From contig JBKPAK010000139.1 in the NCBI GenBank assembly GCA_046726415.1, positions 1 to 15,037 of the forward strand: a stretch of 15,037 nucleotides of DNA, in the 5' to 3' direction. The position numbers and the translations under genes were made by a program. This document shows, one piece after another, positions 6,632 to 15,037 of this stretch. How positions within the stretch are numbered: the stretch's first letter is position 1; the number at the start of each line of letters is the position of its first letter. The notes under the pieces are model-generated. The model was given only the letters and a program-made list of their open reading frames with translations. It searched no databases and was not told the origin of the DNA. This stretch comes from Candidatus Methylomirabilota bacterium. GTDB lineage: Bacteria; Methylomirabilota; Methylomirabilia; Rokubacteriales; CSP1-6.

Positions 6632-8134
6632 TCACGCCTCCTGGAATGCCTCCTCCCGCGTCTTGCGGAACGCGGGCAGGAGCACGGTGCACAGGAGCAG
6701 GACCGCGGCCACCAGCAGGACGGCGCTGATCGGCCGAGTGAGAAAGACGAGGGGATCGCCACGCGATAAGAGCATCGCCCGGCGCAGGAACTCCTCCATC
6801 ATCGGGCCCAGGATGTAGCCGAGCAGCATCGGCGCCGGCTCACACTCCAGCTTGGCGAAGATGTAGCCCAGCAGCCCGAACAGCGCCATCAGGTAGACGT
6901 CGAAGGTGGCATTGTTCAGGCTGTACACGCCGATGGCGCAGAACACCAGAATGGCCGGATAGAGCAGGTGGTAAGGCACGCTGACCATCCGGACCCAGAG
7001 GCCGATCAGGGGCAGGTTGAGCACGAGCAGGAGAAAGTTGCCGATCCACATCGAGACGATCAGGCCCCAGAACAGCGCGGGCTGCTCGACCATCACCGAG
7101 GGCCCGGGCTGAATGCCCTGGATGATCATGGCGCCGATCATCAGCGCCATCACCGGGTTCGATGGGATGCCGAGGGTGAGCATCGGGATGAACGACATCT
7201 GGGCCCCGGCGTTGTTGGCCGCCTCGGGCCCCGCCACGCCCTCGATCGCCCCCTGGCCGAAACGGCTCGGGGTCTTGGAGACCTTCTTCTCCAGCGAGTA
7301 GGCGGAGAAGGAGGCCAGAGTCGGGCCACCGCCGGGTAAGATTCCCAGGGCGGCCCCGAGCGCGGTCCCTCGCAGAATCGGGGCGATGATCCGCTTGAGG
7401 TCCTGTTTGGTCGGCATCAGCCCGGTGACGCGCTTGACCGTCAGCTCGCGCGTCCCCTCGGTCTCCAGATTGCGCACGATCTCGCCCACGCCGAACATGC
7501 CCATGGCGACGATCACGAAGCCGATGCCGTCGGCGAGCTCCGGCAGCCCGAGCGTGTATCGCTGCGCGCCGGAGGTGACGTCGGTGCCGATGAGCCCCAG
7601 GAGCAGGCCGAACACGATCATCCCGATGGCGTTCAGCAGCGGGCCGTGCGCCATCACGATCGACGCCATGAGCCCGAGGACCATGAGGGAGAAGTACTCG
7701 GCGGGGCCGAACTTGAGGGCGAGGGTGGCCAGGGGCGGGCCGAAGGCGGCCACCAGCAACGTGCAGACGGTGCCGGCGAAGAACGACCCGATCGCGGCCG
7801 TGGCCAGGGCGACGCCCGCGCGGCCCCGGCGCGCCATCTGATAACCGTCCATCGCGGTGACCACGGACGAGGTTTCCCCGGGCAGATTCACCAGGATCGC
7901 CGTGGTGGAGCCGCCATACTGCGCGCCGTAGTAGATCCCCGCGATCATGATCAGGGACGAGACGGGCGGCAGCGTGAAGGTCGCGGGCAGCAGCATGGCG
8001 ATGGTGGCCACCGGCCCCAACCCCGGGAGAACGCCGATCGCCGTCCCCAGGACGACGCCCACCAGACAGTAGAAAAGGTTGACGGGGGTGAATGCCGCCT
8101 GCAGGCCCAGCCCGAGATTGGCGAGCAGTTCCAT
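6632..8134 (-). CDS. tctA: Tripartite tricarboxylate transporter large membrane subunit TctA
   Basis: 500 aa; GVLPGLGP, YYGAQYGGSTTAILVNLPG, GVAGPEAANNA, PMLTLGIP signatures; GGAGG RBS. Confidence 0.97.
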   Translation of the reverse strand: MELLANLGLGLQAAFTPVNLFYCLVGVVLGTAIGVLPGLGPVATIAMLLPATFTLPPVSSLIMIAGIYYGAQYGGSTTAILVNLPGETSSVVTAMDGYQMARRGRAGVALATAAIGSFFAGTVCTLLVAAFGPPLATLALKFGPAEYFSLMVLGLMASIVMAHGPLLNAIGMIVFGLLLGLIGTDVTSGAQRYTLGLPELADGIGFVIVAMGMFGVGEIVRNLETEGTRELTVKRVTGLMPTKQDLKRIIAPILRGTALGAALGILPGGGPTLASFSAYSLEKKVSKTPSRFGQGAIEGVAGPEAANNAGAQMSFIPMLTLGIPSNPVMALMIGAMIIQGIQPGPSVMVEQPALFWGLIVSMWIGNFLLLVLNLPLIGLWVRMVSVPYHLLYPAILVFCAIGVYSLNNATFDVYLMALFGLLGYIFAKLECEPAPMLLGYILGPMMEEFLRRAMLLSRGDPLVFLTRPISAVLLVAAVLLLCTVLLPAFRKTREEAFQEA

Positions 8135-8146
8135 GGCCGGCCTCCC

Positions 8147-8608
8147 TCAGCGGCCGAGCCAGGAGCCCACCGGGGGGATTGGTAGCCCCAGCCCCCAGAC
8201 GAACACTGCGACGCTGAACACCGCGAGGCCGACAGCCAGGGCGATGGATGGAGCCCATCGGAACATGGCGCTGGCCGACGCGCTCAGCACCACGAGCGCG
8301 ATCACCGCGACAGCGAGCCCAGCGCCGCGCACGAGGAGGCCGAACAACACGGTGGCCCCGAGCACGATGGCCAGGTTTTTCAGCGAGAATCGGCCGATCG
8401 GTGTTCCCGGCTGCGTGAACGCCCGCACCACGGCGATCAGCCCGATGACCGCGAGCAGGTAGCCGAGCACGGTCGGGAAATACGCCGGCCCCATCTTCGT
8501 GCCCGTTCCCATGGCATAGTCGCGGCCGATCACCACGGCGCCCAGCCCGAAGGCCAGATAGATCAGGCCGGTCCAGAAATCCTTGGGGTTTCGGATGCCC
8601 GAGGGCAT
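8147..8608 (-). CDS. tctB: Tripartite tricarboxylate transporter small membrane subunit TctB
   Basis: 153 aa, 4-5 TM segments, KDFWTG and MGPAYFP motifs, between tctC and tctA. Confidence 0.95.
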   Translation of the reverse strand: MPSGIRNPKDFWTGLIYLAFGLGAVVIGRDYAMGTGTKMGPAYFPTVLGYLLAVIGLIAVVRAFTQPGTPIGRFSLKNLAIVLGATVLFGLLVRGAGLAVAVIALVVLSASASAMFRWAPSIALAVGLAVFSVAVFVWGLGLPIPPVGSWLGR

Positions 8609-8620
8609 AGCGCTGTCTCC

Positions 8621-9595
8621 TCAGTCGGCGTAGGCGCCGGCGCTCTTGATGATCGGACCCCACTTCTCGATCTCCGCTTTGAGATGCGCTCGCAGCGCCT
8701 CCGGCTGGGCTCGGTCGTCGCTCTCCGGCTCCGTCCCCAGTTCGTTGAACCGCTGCTTGACCGTCGGGTCCTTCAGCGCCGCGCGAAGCGACGTGGCGAG
8801 CTTGTCGATGACCGGCTTGGGCGTGTTCTTGGGGGCATAGAGGCCGTGCCAGACCGCGACCTCGAAGTTGGGCAGCCCGGCCTCGTGGAGCGTGGGCACG
8901 CTGGGAAGGGACGGCACGCGCTTCCGGGTGGTGACTCCGTAGACCTTGACCTTGTCCGCCCTGATCTGACTGGTCGTGTTGGTGGTCTGATCGCACATCA
9001 GATCGATCTGGCCCCCGAGCAGGTCGTTCATGGCGGGGCCCGTCCCCTTGTAGGGCACGGTGGTGAGGTCCGTCGCGATGGCACTCATGAACAGCAGTCC
9101 ACACAGGTGGGAGGCCGCGCCGAGGCCGGCGTTCCCCAGCGAAACCTTGGTCTTGTTGGCCTTGGTGTAGGCGATCGCCTCCTTGAGGTCCTTGGCGGGA
9201 AATTCCCTCTTCGCCACCAGGGTCATCGGCACGTCAGTGACGAGGCCGATGGGCTCGAAGTCCTTGATCGGGTCGTAGGCGAGCTTGCGGTAGAGGGCCG
9301 GTGCCGTCGCCATCCCGATGTGGTGCAGGAAGATCGTATAGCCGTCGCCCGCCGCGCGCGCGACCCGCGCCGCTCCGATGGTGCCGCCGGCGCCGCCGAC
9401 GTTCTCCACGATGATCTGCTGCTTCAGCTGATCGCCCATGGCCTTGGCGATAAGGCGACCGACCGTGTCGGTCGGCCCGCCGGCCGCGAAGGGTACGATC
9501 AGGGTGATCGGCTTCGCGGGGTATTGCTGTGCGGACGCCGGCGACATCACCAGGCTCATCACGCCCACGACCAGCGCCACCTGTCTTCCGATCAC
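8621..9595 (-). CDS. tctC: TTT substrate-binding protein TctC/Bug (BugD-like subgroup)
   Basis: GTG start at 9595 after AAGGGAG; 324 aa; signal peptide ending ASA|QQYP; VPFAAGGPTD, GAGGTIG, YKGTGPA, LMCDQTTN. The 704-aa ORF in the track is this gene over-extended upstream. Confidence 0.93.
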   Translation of the reverse strand: MIGRQVALVVGVMSLVMSPASAQQYPAKPITLIVPFAAGGPTDTVGRLIAKAMGDQLKQQIIVENVGGAGGTIGAARVARAAGDGYTIFLHHIGMATAPALYRKLAYDPIKDFEPIGLVTDVPMTLVAKREFPAKDLKEAIAYTKANKTKVSLGNAGLGAASHLCGLLFMSAIATDLTTVPYKGTGPAMNDLLGGQIDLMCDQTTNTTSQIRADKVKVYGVTTRKRVPSLPSVPTLHEAGLPNFEVAVWHGLYAPKNTPKPVIDKLATSLRAALKDPTVKQRFNELGTEPESDDRAQPEALRAHLKAEIEKWGPIIKSAGAYAD

Positions 9596-9633
9596 GGCGT
9601 TCTCCCTTTCTGCCCCGGACGCTGCGTACCCTC

Positions 9634-10605
9634 CTACTTCGTGTCCACGAGGCTCTCGGGTAGCTTGATGCCTTTCTCCTGGTAGTACCGCACCGCCCCG
9701 GGGTGTACGGGAATCGGGCTCAGGACGATGTTGTCGGCCTTGACCTCTCGCGCGCTCCGGTGCGCCGCCGTCAGGATGTCGAGCCGCTCGAACGTGGCCT
9801 TGACCACCCGATAGACCAACTCGTCGGGAAGGTCCTTGCGGACCGCCATGAAGTTCCAGAGCGTCAGGGTGGTGATCGGATCCTTCTGGTTCCGGTAGGT
9901 GTTGGCGGGGATGGCGCCGGTGGCGAAGAACGGGTGCTTCCTGGTGAACGCTTCGGCCACGTCGGGCGGGACCCCGAAGAGGTTGATCGGCTGCTCGGCG
10001 GCGATCTCGGCCACGAGTCCCCACGGCAGCCCGATCGCCGATCCGTGAGCGTCGAGCACGCCGATTCTCAGCTGGTTGTCCAGGTAGGCCAGGCCCGAGT
10101 TGACGACGCGCGGCTTGACTCCGGCCGCTTCGAAAATTCGCGGCCAGTAGGTGGCCGGCGTCCCCCCCACCGGTCCCACGCCGACGCGCTTGCCGTTCAG
10201 ATCCTGGATCGAGCGGATCCCGGTCTTCTGCAGGGCATACATCTGGAAGTACGACGTGTACATGGGGAAAATTGCGCGGGCGTTGCGGTACCGCTTTCCC
10301 TCCGCCCAGCCGAGCCCGTTCCATCCCTCGTAGGCTGGGGCGGTGGTGACCATCCCGAAGTCGAGCACGCCGGCCTCGAGCAGCTTCATGTTGCCGACCG
10401 GGCCGCCGGTCAGCTGGACCGTGCTGTCGAGGTCCAGGGCTACCCTCAGGACCTCGGCGAACCCGCCACCCCAGAGGTAGTACACGCCGCCCAGCGAGGC
10501 CGCCCCGATCGTGACCGGCTTCGCCACACCCTGAGCGCGCGCGGTGAGAGGGAGCGCCAGGACCGCGACCAACAGGAGTGGCACCGCGAACGTTCGGTTT
10601 CGCAT
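9634..10605 (-). CDS. TAXI-family TRAP transporter solute-binding subunit
   Basis: 323 aa; signal peptide (ARA|Q), TIGAASLGGVYY, TGGPVGNM, DLNGKRVGVGPVGG, IPVHPGAVRYYQEKG; AAGGAG RBS. Confidence 0.93.
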   Translation of the reverse strand: MRNRTFAVPLLLVAVLALPLTARAQGVAKPVTIGAASLGGVYYLWGGGFAEVLRVALDLDSTVQLTGGPVGNMKLLEAGVLDFGMVTTAPAYEGWNGLGWAEGKRYRNARAIFPMYTSYFQMYALQKTGIRSIQDLNGKRVGVGPVGGTPATYWPRIFEAAGVKPRVVNSGLAYLDNQLRIGVLDAHGSAIGLPWGLVAEIAAEQPINLFGVPPDVAEAFTRKHPFFATGAIPANTYRNQKDPITTLTLWNFMAVRKDLPDELVYRVVKATFERLDILTAAHRSAREVKADNIVLSPIPVHPGAVRYYQEKGIKLPESLVDTK

Positions 10606-10640
10606 CGCCGCTCTCCTTGCCGAACAGACTGACGGGCCAG

Positions 10641-10669
10641 GCTATACCCCGCGGTCCCGCGCCAGTCAA
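10641..10669 (-). promoter_or_regulatory. Sigma70-type promoter for the TAXI-tctCBA-monooxygenase operon
   Basis: Minus strand TTGACT - 17 nt - TATAGC, 35 nt upstream of the TAXI ATG, in otherwise very GC-rich DNA. Confidence 0.65.
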
Positions 10670-10777
10670 ATGGGATCGTTCCTCGGTTACCACGCGGGCG
10701 CCACTCGGGCTACCCTGGGAGCCCGCTAAATTCACCGCGTCCGGCCGCCGAGAGCGCTCGGACGAAGGGGGGACGAC

Positions 10778-11758
10778 ATGGGCTTCTGGTCAAGTCTGGC
10801 TCGACTCCTCGTTGGGGCGACGGCGCTCGGACTGGTGACCGCCGGCGCGAATGCCCAGACGTATCCCAGCAAATCGATCCGCATGGTCGTCCCCTTCCCG
10901 CCCGGTGGCACCACGGATATCCTCGCCCGCACCATTGGGCAGAAGATGGCGGAAGATTGGGGCCAGCCGGTGGTGATCGACAATCGGCCGGGAGCTGGCG
11001 GCAACATCGGCTCGGACCTGGTGGCCAAGGCCCCTCCGGACGGCTATACCCTCTTGATGGGAACGATCTCCACCCATGCGATCAACCCCAGCCTGTACAA
11101 GAAGTTGCCGTTCGATCCCGCCAGAGATTTCGCGCCGATCAGCCGGGTGGGCACGCTTCCCAACATCCTGATCGTGCACCCCTCCGTCCCGGTGAAGTCG
11201 GTCAAGGAGCTCATCGAGCTGGCCAAGAGCAAGCCGGGCGATCTCAATTTCGCCTCCTCCGGCGTCGGCACCTCGCTGCATCTCTCCGGAGAGCTGTTCA
11301 ACAGCATGGCCGGGGTGAAACTGGTGCACATTCCCTACAAGGGCAGCTCGCCCGCCCTGGCTGATCTCCTGGGCGGACAGGTCAAGATCATGTTCGACAA
11401 CCTGCCGTCGGCGTTACCTCACGTGAAGGCCGGCAAGCTGAAGCCGCTGGCCGTCACCAGCACTAAGCGGGTGGCCGTGTTGCCCGAGGTGCCGACGGTC
11501 AGCGAGTCCGGCCTCCCCGGGTTCGAGGTGACCTCCTGGTTCGCCGTCTACGCTCCGGCGAAGACGCCCAAGGACATCGTCACCAAGCTCAACGGCGAGA
11601 TCGTGAAGATACTGAGAAGCGCCGACGTCAAGGACAAGCTCGCGCAGTTAGGCGTGGACGCAGCTCCCACCACGCCGGAGGAGCTGGCCACCTTCGCGAA
11701 GGCCGAGACCGAGAAGTGGGGAAAGGTCGTGAAAGCCACCGGCGCCTCCGCCGACTGA
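10778..11758 (+). CDS. tctC: Second TTT substrate-binding protein (TctC/Bug family), divergent and orphan
   Basis: 326 aa; signal peptide ANA|QTYP; VPFPPGGTTD, NRPGAGGNIG, PPDGYTL, HIPYKGSSPA. Confidence 0.95.
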   Translation: MGFWSSLARLLVGATALGLVTAGANAQTYPSKSIRMVVPFPPGGTTDILARTIGQKMAEDWGQPVVIDNRPGAGGNIGSDLVAKAPPDGYTLLMGTISTHAINPSLYKKLPFDPARDFAPISRVGTLPNILIVHPSVPVKSVKELIELAKSKPGDLNFASSGVGTSLHLSGELFNSMAGVKLVHIPYKGSSPALADLLGGQVKIMFDNLPSALPHVKAGKLKPLAVTSTKRVAVLPEVPTVSESGLPGFEVTSWFAVYAPAKTPKDIVTKLNGEIVKILRSADVKDKLAQLGVDAAPTTPEELATFAKAETEKWGKVVKATGASAD

Positions 11759-11760
11759 CG

Positions 11761-13088
11761 TCACGGAGGGCGGCGGAGCGGCTCGCCGATCGCGCTCCAG
11801 TACGGCAGGGCCACCGTGAGGACCACCAGCGCCGCCAGCACCGTCATCCAGACGCCGAAGCGAAAGATCTCGGGCGCGCTCAGGTGGCCGCGCTGGTAGA
11901 CGACGAGGGACGACGCGCTCTGCGCCGGGTAGTAGAGCACCGCATCGCCGGCGATGGTGACCACGAGGCCGCATACGACGGGATTGAGACCGGTGACGCT
12001 GCCGATGGACATGGCCACGGGGATCGTCGTGGCCAGAAAGCCGGTGATGTTGGGAATCACCAACCGCACGAGGGCCGCCCCCGCGAGAGGATCACCACCA
12101 CCAGAAGGGACGCTGACCGGCCGACGGCGTGGCCCGAACGATGAGCCCGGCCAGCCAGCCGCTCGCGCCGCTCATCACCAGGGCGTGGGCCAGCGAGAGC
12201 GACGAGGCGATGACGAAGAAGTTCGCCCAGCCCACGCCGCGCTCGAAGTCACTCCACGACAGCACGCCGAGGCCGGGCGCGAGCAGGAAGACCCAGGCGA
12301 GCATCGCGGGCAGCGCCGGCGGGAGCGCGTCCGTCAGCCACAGAACGGCCGCGCCCGCCGTGATGATCGCGGTCCGCCACTCCGGCGCGGAGAGCGGTTC
12401 CCATGCCGCCGCCGGCGTCACCGGCAGCGCCTCGTCGAAGCCGCGCCGGTAACGCAGGTAGATCAGCAGGGCGCCCGCCAGGAGCAGCACGCCGTACGGC
12501 ACGCTCATGAGGGCAAACCACCGCGTCCAGGAGATGCCACCGATCAGCCCGGCCGCCACGATGGGCGTGATGCCTCCCGTCAGCAACACCGTCGACGCCA
12601 GGCGATTGATCGAGTTGAGGGCCATCATGACCGCGCGGCGATCGGCGCGCCGGGCGGCACGCCGCTCAGCTCGAGCGCTTGATCGTAGACGTGGACGAGG
12701 ATGCCCGTGCGCGTGGTCGCTGAGGGCAGCAGCAGAGTCAGCAGCGGGAACGCGGCGAGGAGCTGCACGTAGAGCACCCGAGGGCGGCCACGGCAGCCGC
12801 GGAGGAACGCACGGGCCACCCGCTCGGCCAGCCCATTGTTGGAGACGGCCAGCCCGATGGTGAGGACACCGACGAGGAAGTACGCGATGGGGTCCGCGAA
12901 GCCGATCAGCGCCTCGCGCATGCCGGGCACGGCCCCGAAGACCACGAGTGCGACACCACCACGACGCCCGTCACCCCGGCGGGGAGCGTCTCGGTGCCCC
13001 ACAGCCCGACGGCGAGCGCGGCCACCGCCAGGACGCGCTGTCCGTCGCGGGGAAGGCCCTCCGGTGTCGGGAGCAGCAGCATGAGCGC
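11761..13088 (-). pseudogene. DASS/SLC13-family anion permease, frameshifted and probably 5'-truncated
   Basis: Four collinear pieces: LLLPTPEGLPRDGQRVLAV...WGTETLP / GFADPIAYFLVG...GLAERVA...LLPSATTR / ALNSINRLASTVLLTGGITP...ISWTRWF...LWLTD...VGWANFF / RLVIPNITGF...YYPAQSASSL...PYW. Breaks near 12955, 12637 and 12110-12085. Confidence 0.87.
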
Positions 13089-13110
13089 TTCGCCCGTCCC
13101 GCTAACCTGA

Positions 13111-13482
13111 TCACTCCCTGGGCAGAAAGGCGCAGAACTCGTTGCCTTCAGGATCAGCCATGATCGTCCACAGCAATCTCCCCTCGGCATCGCGGATCTC
13201 CCGGAGGGGACGTGCGCCTAGCCGTTGCAGACGCTCCATCTCCGCTGTATCAGGCAGATTAATGTCGACATGGACGCGATTCTTCATGACCTTCGGCTCG
13301 GGTACCTGGTTACACCAGATACGCAGTCCGCCCGCGGGGGGATCGAGGGCGATGGAGACATCCGGTGTTGTGGCTGGCTCGGGCAGGCGAATCGTATAAC
13401 CGAGGACGTTCGCCCAGAAGCGAGCGAGACGATGTGGGTCGGCACAGTCGAAACAGATATCGCGAAGGTGCGAGGTGGCCAT
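13111..13482 (-). CDS. VOC (glyoxalase/bleomycin-resistance superfamily) protein
   Basis: ATG at 13482 after GAAGGGA; 123 aa; ICFDCADPHRLARFWANVLG, VPEPKVMKNRVHVD, MADPEGNEFC. Confidence 0.92.
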   Translation of the reverse strand: MATSHLRDICFDCADPHRLARFWANVLGYTIRLPEPATTPDVSIALDPPAGGLRIWCNQVPEPKVMKNRVHVDINLPDTAEMERLQRLGARPLREIRDAEGRLLWTIMADPEGNEFCAFLPRE

Positions 13483-13512
13483 AGGATTCCCTTCTTCGTC
13501 CGAGTCATATAC

Positions 13513-13535
13513 GCCAGGGTAACGTAAGCCCTGGC
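13513..13535. promoter_or_regulatory. Inverted repeat upstream of the VOC gene (candidate operator)
   Basis: GCCAGGG-taacgtaag-CCCTGGC, a perfect 7-bp dyad 30 nt upstream of the VOC start, next to an AT-rich TATATGA box. Confidence 0.35.
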
Positions 13536-13704
13536 TAGACCGCCCTATGCCGGCGCCGCCAGCCCAGGCTTCGGCCGCGTGGCTCCGCGCCTGGGCGGTG
13601 CGGGCATCCGGGGCGCTGAGGATCGTGTGAGCGACCGGGCCACTCAGACCGGCTTCAGCTACCATCGTGCGAACCGTTCATCGGCCAGTGTGGGGAGGCC
13701 ACGG

Positions 13705-14895
13705 ATGAGGTGTCCGCGGTGCAAGCACGAGAACCGTCCCGGGGCGAAGTTCTGCGAGGAGTGTGGCTCCTCGGTCGCCCGTGTCTGTGACAGCTGCGGC
13801 GTCGAGCTGTCGCCCACGACAAAGTTCTGCCCCGAGTGTGGGAGGCCCGCCGACGTCTCGGTTGCCCGACAGCCCCGGTTCGCAGCTCCCGAGAGCTACA
13901 CCCCCGCGCATCTCGCGGAGAAGATTCTCCATTCCAAGTCCGCGCTTGAGGGCGAGCGCAAATTGGTCACCGTGCTGTTCGCGGACCTCAAGGGCTCGAT
14001 GGAGCTGCTCGCCGACCGCGATCCCGAGGAGGCGCGCAAGCTCCTCGATCCAGTGCTCGAGCGCATGATGGAGGCCGTCCACCGTTACGAGGGGACAGTG
14101 AACCAGGTCATGGGCGACGGGATCATGGCCCTCTTCGGCGCCCCCCTCGCCCACGAGGATCACGCCGTCCGCGCGTGTTACGCCGCGCTCCGGATGCAGG
14201 CGTCGGTCAAGCAGTACGCCGATGAGATCCACCGGGCCGAAGGCGTCCCCATCCAGATCCGCGTCGGTCTGAACTCGGGCGAGGTCGTCGTGCGCTCCAT
14301 TGGCAACGATCTGCACATGGACTACACCGCGGTCGGCCAGACGACCCACGTCGCGGCCCGCCTGGAGCAGATGTCCATGCCGGGCTCCGTGCTCATCTCG
14401 CCGGAGACCCTCGCGCTGGTTGAGGGGTACGTCAGCGTGAAACCTCTCGGACCGCGCCCGATCAAGGGCCTCGAGCGGCCGCTCGATGTCTACGAACTGG
14501 TCGGCGCCGCCACCGTCCGCTCGCGCTTCCAGGCCGCGGCTGTCCGCGGCCTCACCCGCTTCGTCGGCCGCGAGAGCGAAATGGATCAGCTCCGCCAGCC
14601 GCTCGAGCGCGCGCGGGCCGGACACGGGCAGGTGGTGGCCGTCGTGGGCGAGCCCGGCGTCGGCAAGTCCCGGCTCTACTGGGAGTTCACCCACTCCCAT
14701 CGCGCTCAGGGCTGGCTGATCCTCGAGTCCGGCTCCGTCTCCTACGGCAAGGCTATGAACTACATGCCCATCATCGAGCTCCTCCGGGCGTACTTTTCGA
14801 TCGAGCACGCCGACGATCCCCGCAAGATCCGAGAGAAGGTGACGGGCAAGCTGCTGTCCCTCGAGCGGCAGCTCGAGCCTTGCGTCTTGCCGATC
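13705..14895 (+). pseudogene. Double zinc ribbon + class III adenylate/guanylate cyclase + AAA (STAND-type) protein, 3'-truncated
   Basis: GGGGAGG RBS, ATG 13705; MRCPRCKHENRPGAKFCEECG...CDSCG...FCPECG; cyclase VTVLFADLKGS, MGDGIMALFGAP, IRVGLNSGEV, AARLEQ; Walker A GEPGVGKS (14647-14670). Homology ends after 397 codons (LEPCVLPI), before Walker B. The frame stays open to the window edge, which is probably why the ORF track omits it. Confidence 0.9.
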
Positions 14896-14896
14896 C

Positions 14897-15037
14897 ATGG
14901 TGGTGGACACCCAGGCCTCACCCGATCCCGTCAAGGCCGCCGCGTTCAACCGCATGGAGCGGCTACGCGACCCTTCGCACACGCGCGCTCTGCCCCTGGC
15001 CGAACACCGCGCACTGTTGCGCCGGGCGGGGCTGCGG
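14897..15037 (+). pseudogene. C-terminal-half fragment of a class I SAM-dependent methyltransferase (runs off the right edge)
   Basis: In a different frame from the cyclase: MVVDTQASPDPVKAAAFNRMERLRDPSHTRALPLAEHRALLRRAGLR. The 'FN..E.LRDPSH.R' motif is typical of YcgJ/UbiE-like methyltransferases. The SAM-binding N-terminus is absent. Confidence 0.72.

Noticed and set aside
6840-9104. 754-aa Arg/Gly-rich ORF
   Set aside because: Alternative-frame shadow of tctC/tctB/tctA, typical of high-GC DNA; no motifs.
10706-10732. CGGGCT/AGCCCG dyad and TAAATT as the promoter of the divergent tctC
   Set aside because: No -35 element, and a 6-bp GC-rich dyad is expected by chance.
8621-10735. 704-aa ORF suggesting a giant TctC fusion
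   Set aside because: The N-terminal 380 aa are an off-frame reading of the TAXI gene; TctC has its own RBS, GTG start (9595) and signal peptide.
13100-13106. GTTAGCG (minus strand) just after the VOC stop as a possible attC core
   Set aside because: No R''/L boxes or hairpin, so the VOC gene cannot be called a cassette.
13483-13665. 61-aa N-terminal extension of the VOC ORF in the track
   Set aside because: Family homology and an RBS place the start at 13482; the extension crosses intergenic dyads.
13678-14982. 434-aa minus-strand ORF
   Set aside because: Antisense shadow of the plus-strand cyclase-AAA gene, which carries all the recognisable motifs.
1-15037. CRISPR array, tRNA/rRNA, integron integrase or anti-phage defence operon
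   Set aside because: No spaced direct repeats, RNA-gene signatures or tyrosine-recombinase motifs seen; the only STAND-like gene is a truncated cyclase type with no effector neighbours.

Overview
A GC-rich bacterial window. The gene repertoire (several Bug/TctC binding proteins, a TAXI binding protein, a zinc-ribbon adenylate-cyclase/AAA protein) is reminiscent of Rokubacteria-like soil bacteria; this taxonomy is inference. An intact core of about 6.4 kb (5403-11758) holds a minus-strand operon, TAXI binding protein - tctC - tctB - tctA - group D flavin monooxygenase, behind a near-consensus sigma70 promoter, plus a divergent orphan tctC. Both flanks are mosaics of decayed and abruptly joined gene pieces. 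The left flank has two cupin + NAD(P)-binding modules (one broken), a transposase-like remnant, a damaged alpha/beta hydrolase, a frameshifted zinc anti-sigma-like remnant, and an IS91-family transposase fragment abutting an ABC-permease fragment. The right flank has a frameshifted DASS/SLC13 permease, an intact VOC gene, and a truncated cyclase-AAA gene joined to a methyltransferase fragment. The best non-coding signal is a 99-bp element with complete integron attC architecture (2034-2132, minus strand) between the epimerase and hydrolase genes, with no integrase in the window. I saw no rRNA, tRNA or CRISPR array and cannot support a wholly new system. The best candidates for novelty are the solo attC and the TAXI+TTT+monooxygenase operon, whose oxygenase appears to carry Gln at a catalytic His position.
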